From: a virus
Length of the DNA: 64,000 nucleotides
Strand: one strand, 5' to 3'
IMG/VR virus record: IMGVR_UViG_3300023174_003073
Location: 106,987 to 170,986 of that record
A program made the translations under genes and the position numbers. This document shows positions 57,469 through 64,000 of the stretch, one piece after another. Below the pieces are notes generated by a model. That model was given only the letters and a program-made list of their open reading frames with translations, had not been told where the DNA came from and made no database searches. Positions within the stretch are counted from its first letter, which is position 1. Each line of letters starts with the position of its first letter.

Positions 57469-57971
57469 TAGAAAGCCTGATCGTAATCTATTATCTCACA
57501 ATTTCTACTAACTTCTTTTACAAAATAAACACAGCGAGGTTTATGTCCATCATCAATCGGGACACAAAGAAATTGTCCGTTCTTTAGTCGGGGTGCATAC
57601 CAAGTTACATCATGGTAAATGTCTACTATCTCAATGTCTTGAAAGCTAGGTCTGAATGCACTTAGTGGGTTGAATTCAAATGCCTTGAATCCTCTATCAT
57701 TGATACTTGTCAATGGTAATGTTTCTAGATCACCCATCTCAGGTTCACCGATTAGTATCTGCCAGTCTACTGGCATCTTAACTGTTCTATCACCAATACG
57801 TAACACAAGTGCAGGGCTGTTAAAACTCTCTAAAAAGATTAACGGAATATAATGATAATCTACATTCTGTGGATTACTATTATCTAATATTGCAAATCGT
57901 AAATCATCTACCTCATCAGGAAGTGTTTCAAGATTATAGTGCTCGTTGTATTCTAAGTTTAGTATTCTCAT
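57468..57971 (-). CDS. conserved beta-rich hypothetical protein
   Basis: 167 aa following uvsW. Confidence 0.65.
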   Translation of the reverse strand: MRILNLEYNEHYNLETLPDEVDDLRFAILDNSNPQNVDYHYIPLIFLESFNSPALVLRIGDRTVKMPVDWQILIGEPEMGDLETLPLTSINDRGFKAFEFNPLSAFRPSFQDIEIVDIYHDVTWYAPRLKNGQFLCVPIDDGHKPRCVYFVKEVSRNCEIIDYDQAF

Positions 57972-57978
57972 ATGATGT

Positions 57979-58007
57979 AGTGTAACACAATTTTACTTGT
58001 ATGTCAA
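57979..58007 (-). promoter_or_regulatory. sigma70-type promoter TTGACA-17-TACACT (extended -10), 7 nt before ATG 57971
   Basis: Read directly. Confidence 0.7.
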
Positions 58008-59450
58008 CTTCTCCATATCAAAAGGGTAATTTGCTTCTTTATAGAAGGTCTTGCGTTGCGTCAAATGTCTTTTGGCAAATTTGCAGGAGCTTGTGAGGTC
58101 CCAGATTTGCACGAAATCTTTGTCATCCGCTTTTCTAATACCCCGGCCAATGCTCTGGATAACCCTAACAAAACTCTTGCCAGGTTCAATAAGAACAAGG
58201 TTGAATATTCGTGGTATGTTGATACCAACCGCTGCCACGCCGTAGGTCGCAACGATAATTTTGTTTGTACTGGTCGCAATTTCATCGTATTCCTCTTTTC
58301 TTTCAGTCATGTTTGTTTCACCCGAAACAAACACTGCGTCGGGTAATCTGCTAATCAATTCTTTGCCGGCATTTACTCTATCTACTAATACTAGTGTATT
58401 CCCCGATTCCTTGATATTTAGTATCAATTGAGCCATAGTATCTAATCTTTTTGTATCTTCCAGCAAGTGTTTTAATTCACTTTGATAGTTAGTAAACTCT
58501 ACATCATCTTTCAACTGTACAATGTTTACATGACATTGTGCCAATACACCTTTTTCTTGTAATTCACTTGCGCTAAGTTTGTTAGTTAGATTACCGATAC
58601 TCACATACAATGCTTGTGCTTCAAAGATTGCTTTAGGTATCGTTCCAGTCAAGCCCCAACGAATTGGAATATGACTCATTACTCCGGTCAATAGTTCTTT
58701 CAACACCTCAGCCTTAGCCATGTGAACCTCGTCAACCATGACACATACAACACCTTCAATGAACTCACCAATTGATACTTCGGCTTCATCTGCTTTTGTT
58801 TTCTTAAGCATATTGCCTAAACTTTGCCAAGTACAGATAGTATGTGTCTTACCATATTCTTTTCTGTCACCAAAGTATACACCAACATCTAATCCTAGAT
58901 TAATATAGTCTGCTTCTGTTTGTACAACAAGACTTTTATTAGGGACGATAACAATACTGCGACCGTAATTTTCTATGCTGTAACTTAGTGCGGCAGTCAT
59001 TAACGTTTTACCTGCGCCCGTTGCTACCTCTTGTATTGATTGAGGATTAGATAAAAATTCATTCACTACAGTTAACTGATAGTCACGAAACATTACAGGT
59101 TCTCCTGCTTTAGGATGACCTTTCGGCCATGTATGATGACTGAATGTATCTTCCTTAATTTCAGTGAAATTGAATGTAGTGCTATACTCACGCAAATCCT
59201 GCAATTCGATATCGTATCCTGCATTATCAATCAATGGTAAGATTTCCGGTAACAGATTGACATAGCTACTACCGCCTAGACTGAAGAAACTGATTTTACC
59301 ATTCCAACGACCTAGCCGGACACTTGGTAGATATCTTGCACCAGGCTTTTCGTATTCAAATTTCTTCATCAATGCTTTTCTTTCGGCAAGTTCTAAGCCT
59401 TCAATTTTAACATTGACCTCGTCTTTAATAATTAATTTACATTGTTTCAT
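57993..59450 (-). CDS. uvsW: SF2 DNA helicase (UvsW-like)
   Basis: RDYQ, ATGAGKT, DEVH, GLTGT, GINIP, QSIGRG.R. Confidence 0.9.
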   Translation of the reverse strand: MKQCKLIIKDEVNVKIEGLELAERKALMKKFEYEKPGARYLPSVRLGRWNGKISFFSLGGSSYVNLLPEILPLIDNAGYDIELQDLREYSTTFNFTEIKEDTFSHHTWPKGHPKAGEPVMFRDYQLTVVNEFLSNPQSIQEVATGAGKTLMTAALSYSIENYGRSIVIVPNKSLVVQTEADYINLGLDVGVYFGDRKEYGKTHTICTWQSLGNMLKKTKADEAEVSIGEFIEGVVCVMVDEVHMAKAEVLKELLTGVMSHIPIRWGLTGTIPKAIFEAQALYVSIGNLTNKLSASELQEKGVLAQCHVNIVQLKDDVEFTNYQSELKHLLEDTKRLDTMAQLILNIKESGNTLVLVDRVNAGKELISRLPDAVFVSGETNMTERKEEYDEIATSTNKIIVATYGVAAVGINIPRIFNLVLIEPGKSFVRVIQSIGRGIRKADDKDFVQIWDLTSSCKFAKRHLTQRKTFYKEANYPFDMEKLTYK

Positions 59451-60454
59451 TTGACCTCAATTGGTATACTGTTGGCTAGTCCAATTATTTTTCCTAAATA
59501 CTTGATACTATCATCTGCTTTTATCATACCAAAATTTAACTTCACTGGCATTGTGTACTGACGTAAATCTTCTTTAAAAGATTCAGGACCTTTAATTCTA
59601 ATAGTATGTTTAATTTTATTTGCCTTAAGATTATTAGCAACCTCTAACATATAAGATTTGTTGACTCCGTACATTTGATTGAGTATCACGTAATCAGCAC
59701 CGATATGTTGTAACGATTCAATGATATGTTTGATATCATAATGTTCAAGTGTTGCACTAAAAGTAGATGCAAATGTATCAACATCAGTATCAATGTTGAT
59801 ACCAAATCGAACAAGTCTTGCAATTGTTGCAGGGTTATCATTCAATTCAATATCTTTTATTGTCTCGTACAATACCTTGTTACATGCAACAACATAGTAA
59901 TTACCATTGCGTTTAATCAATGTCGGAGACCAATACTTTACTTCTTCGTATGGTTTAAGTTGAACCAATATTTCTTCAATAATAGGACAATAATTGACAG
60001 TTGAATAATTCTCACGTGATATTTCTATCAATTCTTTCAATCTAAATTCTGCATAAGGTGTATGCCATAATTTATTATCTTTGTCCCAATGCATATACTC
60101 TAAAGCCTTCAAACTCTTTACAAATTCTTTCCTAAATGGACTATGAATTACAATGTCTTTGTCATCTGCTACGGAGATGTATGCTTGCGTAAATTGAGGG
60201 CTACTTTCAATTGGCTGTAGTGTCCAAGGTAATTGAATTAGTTCTTCACTGTTCAATTCCTTTTTTAAGAATTGTCTATGATATCTTGCTGTAATTTTGT
60301 TAAGCAACTCGGCTTGATTGGTAGTTACCGGATTCTTAATTGTAAAATTCAATTGCACAATGTTATCTAAAAACTTTTTGTCGTAGGTTCCTAGGCTAAT
60401 ATGCTTTAGCATAAAGTCTACTAATTGTTCTTTTGTGTTCGGTTTCACTTTCAT
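59447..60454 (-). CDS. hypothetical protein
   Basis: 335 aa, ATGA-coupled to uvsW. Confidence 0.7.
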   Translation of the reverse strand: MKVKPNTKEQLVDFMLKHISLGTYDKKFLDNIVQLNFTIKNPVTTNQAELLNKITARYHRQFLKKELNSEELIQLPWTLQPIESSPQFTQAYISVADDKDIVIHSPFRKEFVKSLKALEYMHWDKDNKLWHTPYAEFRLKELIEISRENYSTVNYCPIIEEILVQLKPYEEVKYWSPTLIKRNGNYYVVACNKVLYETIKDIELNDNPATIARLVRFGINIDTDVDTFASTFSATLEHYDIKHIIESLQHIGADYVILNQMYGVNKSYMLEVANNLKANKIKHTIRIKGPESFKEDLRQYTMPVKLNFGMIKADDSIKYLGKIIGLANSIPIEVK

Positions 60455-60460
60455 GTTCCT

Positions 60461-60489
60461 ATTATACTACTTATTGTATCGCAAAGCAA
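60461..60489 (-). promoter_or_regulatory. sigma70-type promoter TTGCTT-17-TATAAT, 6 nt before ATG 60454
   Basis: Read directly. Confidence 0.6.
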
Positions 60490-60498
60490 ACATAGTGG

Positions 60499-60527
60499 AA
60501 AAAAGAGGGACATGTAAGTCCCTCTTT
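60499..60527 (-). terminator. intrinsic terminator
   Basis: AAAGAGGGAC/GTCCCTCTTT stem with a T-run. Confidence 0.8.
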
Positions 60528-60548
60528 ACTGCTTGACGAAAGGGTAAA

Positions 60549-61598
60549 TCAAGCAGATTTCATACAAGTACTAACAGTCAAAGCCTTCCAATTGCTAGGA
60601 CTAATCTTTACTAAGTCTGCAATTTTCAGACACATACGCATACTCAACTCACGCAAGCGACTTTGATTCTCAAACATAAAATCAATAATCATCTCACCTT
60701 CATTGTTTTCAAAGTCATAGTCTTTGAACAAACCACCATCAGCATCACGATGCACCTGCTTGATACGCAACATTTTGTCACGTTCACTGTCAATAGTCAG
60801 GTCAAGAAAGTGACAACGGCTTTGCAATGCCTCTAAGTGATCCTGTAACTTTTTGCTTTTCACATTTTCAAACTTCAAGTTTGTAATGAAAATAGCAGTA
60901 CCGTTAAAGTCAAAACTATCAGGGATACCTTCACGGCGCAACAGACTAGAATCACTATTCCAGCAAATGCGTCTACGCTTACCTGAATCCAATGCAGCCT
61001 TAAGAATGTTCAATGACAAGTCATCGGCAAACACACTATCACAATCGTCAAACACTAACACGTTTTTACGATCCGAGTACTTGTACAATTGTGCGTACAA
61101 GCCCAGTGCGGTCATCGCACCTTTGATGACTTCATAGCGAACACGCTTACCTGCAATTTTGTCAAACAAACTTGCTTTTTCAAGTTGTGTTTCAACACCG
61201 AATGACTTACCAACTCCAGGGGGACCTGACACAATCATCGCACGGATATCACCGTTGATAGCCGCTTTTGACATTTCATCAAGCACCTGAAAGCGGGTAG
61301 CAATACGATTCATTGCTTCCTCGTCAGATTCTTTGATTACGGGTGCTTTAGGCTGCTTTGCTACAAACTGAATAGCATCTCCTGTCATTTCTACTTCTCC
61401 ATTAATAAATTCAATGTTTTCAATACCACCTACCTTAACTTTAATATTTTCAATATTAACGCTAGGGAAGTGACCTTCGTTTTTAACTGTTACAAAACCA
61501 CCTTTTGCACCTGTCTGATAACCCTTGACAAGTTTAAAAGTTTTGTTCACAACAGGCATATTGCGATACTCACCGTACTTAACACAAATCGTTGACAT
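60549..61598 (-). CDS. AAA+ ATPase
   Basis: GPPGVGKS, LVFDDCD, IFITN, ALQSRC; start trimmed to MSTICV. Confidence 0.8.
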   Translation of the reverse strand: MSTICVKYGEYRNMPVVNKTFKLVKGYQTGAKGGFVTVKNEGHFPSVNIENIKVKVGGIENIEFINGEVEMTGDAIQFVAKQPKAPVIKESDEEAMNRIATRFQVLDEMSKAAINGDIRAMIVSGPPGVGKSFGVETQLEKASLFDKIAGKRVRYEVIKGAMTALGLYAQLYKYSDRKNVLVFDDCDSVFADDLSLNILKAALDSGKRRRICWNSDSSLLRREGIPDSFDFNGTAIFITNLKFENVKSKKLQDHLEALQSRCHFLDLTIDSERDKMLRIKQVHRDADGGLFKDYDFENNEGEMIIDFMFENQSRLRELSMRMCLKIADLVKISPSNWKALTVSTCMKSA

Positions 61599-61628
61599 AA
61601 AACCCCTTTTCAATCAATCAATACAAGT

Positions 61629-61657
61629 ATTATATATGAGAATCCAATTACTGTCAA
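61629..61657 (-). promoter_or_regulatory. consensus sigma70 promoter TTGACA-17-TATAAT
   Basis: Exact consensus; spacer resembles that at 34774-34802. Confidence 0.85.
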
Positions 61658-61878
61658 GTTCTGGAACTAATCTGATCCAATTTTTCGTTAGACTCAAGTC
61701 GTGCTAAAACAACACCGTATATACCATATACCATTAAACCTACTAGGATAATACCACATGCATATTGCAATACGATAGTAGATGTGTAGAAAAGTATTAC
61801 ATTCAGTAACAGTGAACCACCTACAATACCTAGGACGATTGCGATAGTCTGATAAATTGCTTTTTCTTTAAGAGTCAT
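61654..61878 (-). CDS. small two-TM membrane protein
   Basis: Two hydrophobic helices; AAGGA SD; start trimmed to MTLKEK. Confidence 0.65.
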   Translation of the reverse strand: MTLKEKAIYQTIAIVLGIVGGSLLLNVILFYTSTIVLQYACGIILVGLMVYGIYGVVLARLESNEKLDQISSRT

Positions 61879-61907
61879 TTTTGTTCCTTTATTTAATTGA
61901 TACATGT

Positions 61908-61936
61908 ATTGTACACCCAAACGGATTTATTGTCAA
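61908..61936 (-). promoter_or_regulatory. sigma70-type promoter TTGACA-17-TACAAT
   Basis: Read directly. Confidence 0.75.
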
Positions 61937-62805
61937 ATATTTTCTAGTTTCCAATTTTTAACACTAAAGTATTCAAAATCATCACGTGACTTTTTATGAT
62001 ACAAACCTGCTATTTGCATTGGTTCATTCTTAGCAAAGAGTTTAGACCATATGTGTTCTAATGGATTTGATACATCAAGTACAAACTGCACTGCCATTTC
62101 TGTTTCAACATCTTTAAACCAATAGTGATGTGTTGTAGCACTTTTTCTTTTAGAAATTATTTTACTTAATGGTTTAAGTGTTCTAGGTAAACTAGAACCC
62201 ATTTGATGAAATGTTACATTTGATTTTGGATTAACCTGTACACGTACTTCATCTACCCCACTATCGTATTCATAGAAATATGGAAGATAGTAAATCATAC
62301 CCATCAAATCATTTTTGACCAGTAAAGGTGTTGGACTATGAATATATGTGTTCAATTCATCACGAAACTTTGAGAACCGAGCATTCTTAAGTTTCCATAT
62401 CATAATCTTCTTGCTATAGTAATCACGAATTTCTTGACCAAGTTCTCTATCCTCATCAGTCACATGCATGAATAATTCTTTACTGAGTAAGTTAGATACA
62501 CTGGCTACTGCTGATGGATTAGTCTTGTTCAATCTTTTCCAAGTAACACTTAGTGCAAGTACATCTTCTGGACTTTCATATACTTCGTATTTTTTAACAC
62601 CTTCATGGTATTTAGATGTTACACTGAGTTCATCCCATTGAATACCACTAGTCAACGAATTTGATAGGTTCAATCCTTGCAAATTTTGCAAAGTAATTGT
62701 AGATACTTGTCCTGATGACAACCCTGAAGCCACAGTGTATGTTGCTGGTCCTCCTGATCCGCCACCGGTTGTTTGATAAAGTCCTTTACCTCTGTATTGT
62801 GTCAT
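61933..62805 (-). CDS. hypothetical protein
   Basis: Start trimmed to MTQYRG; the upstream extension is antisense to the homing endonuclease. Confidence 0.65.
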   Translation of the reverse strand: MTQYRGKGLYQTTGGGSGGPATYTVASGLSSGQVSTITLQNLQGLNLSNSLTSGIQWDELSVTSKYHEGVKKYEVYESPEDVLALSVTWKRLNKTNPSAVASVSNLLSKELFMHVTDEDRELGQEIRDYYSKKIMIWKLKNARFSKFRDELNTYIHSPTPLLVKNDLMGMIYYLPYFYEYDSGVDEVRVQVNPKSNVTFHQMGSSLPRTLKPLSKIISKRKSATTHHYWFKDVETEMAVQFVLDVSNPLEHIWSKLFAKNEPMQIAGLYHKKSRDDFEYFSVKNWKLENI

Positions 62806-62833
62806 AATGATATGTCTTCCATTCCTGCTGTTC
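62802..62833 (-). pseudogene. relic of the original uvsY 3' end ((R)TAGMEDISL*)
   Basis: GA ACA GCA GGA ATG GAA GAC ATA TCA TTA TGA parallels the live uvsY end RSAGMEDITMG*. Confidence 0.8.
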
Positions 62834-62849
62834 AATGATAAATAAGTAT

Positions 62850-63494
62850 ATGATACACTATATTTACAAACTTGTACACACAAATGGGAGATATTATGTC
62901 GGTAGACATAGTACCAATAATATTGATGATGGATATATGGGTTCCGGAAAATGGCCTCGTAGTATAAAACATCAAGAAGGGCTGTCCAAAGAAATAATTG
63001 CGTATTGTAATTCATTTGATGAATTACTAATAGCAGAAAAAATATTGTTAACAGAGCATGTTGGCAAACCATTATGCATGAATTTTAACAATAATTCTGT
63101 AGGATTTGCAACCGGAGAGTTAAATCCAGCTAAATCAGAAAAAGAAAAAATTAGAAAATCAAAATTGAAGGGGACTCTTAGTCCAATGTTCAATAAATCT
63201 CATTCATTAGATGCTAAAAATAAAATGTCTGAGTCTAGGAAAGGAAAACCAACTTGGAATAAAGGACTGACTGATATCAAAACATCAAACAAAGGACAAC
63301 CTGCTTGGAACAAGGGAGTTCACACTGGACATCAATCATTTACCGGTAAATCTCATACCAATGAAAGTATTTTATTAATGAAAGAAAAGCATGCCAATCG
63401 TGAAAAATTAACATGCCCACACTGTAATAGAACTATTGACAAACCTAATTATACTAGATATCACGGTGATAAATGTAAATTTAACCCATTGTAA
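62850..63494 (+). mobile_element. free-standing GIY-YIG homing endonuclease (Seg-like, NUMOD3 repeats)
   Basis: YIYK...YYVGRH...DGYMGSG; NUMOD3-like F.KSH...K..MS..RKG twice; C-terminal CPHC..H..C; own late promoter GATAAATA at 62837-62844; opposite strand to neighbours. Confidence 0.85.
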
Positions 63495-63945
63495 TATCTT
63501 CCATACCAGCAGACCTTAAGCGAACTACATGGCCCAGCATAAAATTTTTAGACTCAAGACCCTTCATAATACCTAACCATCGATTGCGTAGTAAGGCCAC
63601 TTCATTGATTAGTGTTTCATAATCAATCACTTCATCTTCGCCATCAACATACTTTTCAGCATCACGACTGGTCAGTGCTCTATTATACGCTTCTAAATAC
63701 TTTTGAAAATGTTTTCGGCGAATTTTCCGAAGTTGAATATTGAGGTAGTTCAACACAGCCTCAATCTCTTGCAACTGATTGAACCTATGCTCAGTGGTAC
63801 CGGGTAATGCGGCAATGTTCTTTTCAACATTACCGTATATCTTTACATCATTTTTTGCTGAGTTTAACTCAGTTTGATAATACGATATAAAATCCGGTAT
63901 CACTGACAAATCATAAGTGATTCGTGTATACCAATTTTGTGACAT
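63481..63945 (-). CDS. uvsY: recombination mediator UvsY-like protein
   Basis: Helical 154 aa; Y...L...D...Y.DG...V...........K.L..K.F.L......R..G pattern; near uvsW. Confidence 0.7.
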   Translation of the reverse strand: MSQNWYTRITYDLSVIPDFISYYQTELNSAKNDVKIYGNVEKNIAALPGTTEHRFNQLQEIEAVLNYLNIQLRKIRRKHFQKYLEAYNRALTSRDAEKYVDGEDEVIDYETLINEVALLRNRWLGIMKGLESKNFMLGHVVRLRSAGMEDITMG

Positions 63946-64000
63946 TTAATTCCAATCTTCTGGATCGTGGTCTTCGTCTTCGTATTCTTCGTATTCTTCT
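63946..64000 (-). CDS. partial CDS, acidic C-terminus (...EEYEEYEDEDHDPEDWN*)
   Basis: Stop TAA directly before the uvsY ATG; runs off the window end. Confidence 0.55.
   Translation of the reverse strand, partial: EEYEEYEDEDHDPEDWN

Noticed and set aside
62806-63072. N-terminal extension of ORF 61933..63072
   Set aside because: Antisense to the GIY-YIG gene; the ATGA junction with the uvsY relic marks 62805 as the start
1-64000. Stop-codon reassignment
   Set aside because: Conserved proteins translate full length in the standard code and coding density is high; TAG stops look rare, but I saw no in-frame TAG or TGA interrupting a gene

Overview
This 64-kb AT-rich window is part of a large lytic tailed-phage genome, a T4-superfamily or jumbo myovirus. 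It is densely coding, mostly on the minus strand, in the standard genetic code. Chaperone and auxiliary genes: ClpA, DnaJ, GroES-like, PhoH, MazG, Nudix, dNMP kinase. Contractile-tail virion module: sheath, tube, gp4/gp13/gp14/gp15-like proteins, Ig-repeat baseplate protein and a 1922-aa fibre, plus a GH19 endolysin and a 3TM holin. Replication and recombination genes: clamp loader, primase, DnaB/gp41 helicase, UvsW, UvsY and exonucleases. The most notable observations are: (1) a miniaturised DnaE (Pol III alpha) catalytic core split into two intein-free genes about 40 kb apart, with all three catalytic Asp retained; (2) a translationally coupled array of about 10 diverged small paralogues ending in F-x-L-[RK]-[WYF], with an unannotated lipoprotein and a GATase-like protein embedded; (3) a GIY-YIG homing endonuclease that gave uvsY a recoded 3' end and left the old end as a relic; (4) a GATAAATA late-promoter class, hairpins that block the RBS or start codon, and many apparently leaderless transcripts; (5) an RmlB + cytidylyltransferase + NRS/ER-type sugar-nucleotide cassette inside the replication operon. 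No tRNA, rRNA or CRISPR array was seen. All product calls come from motif recognition by eye; no database searches were run.
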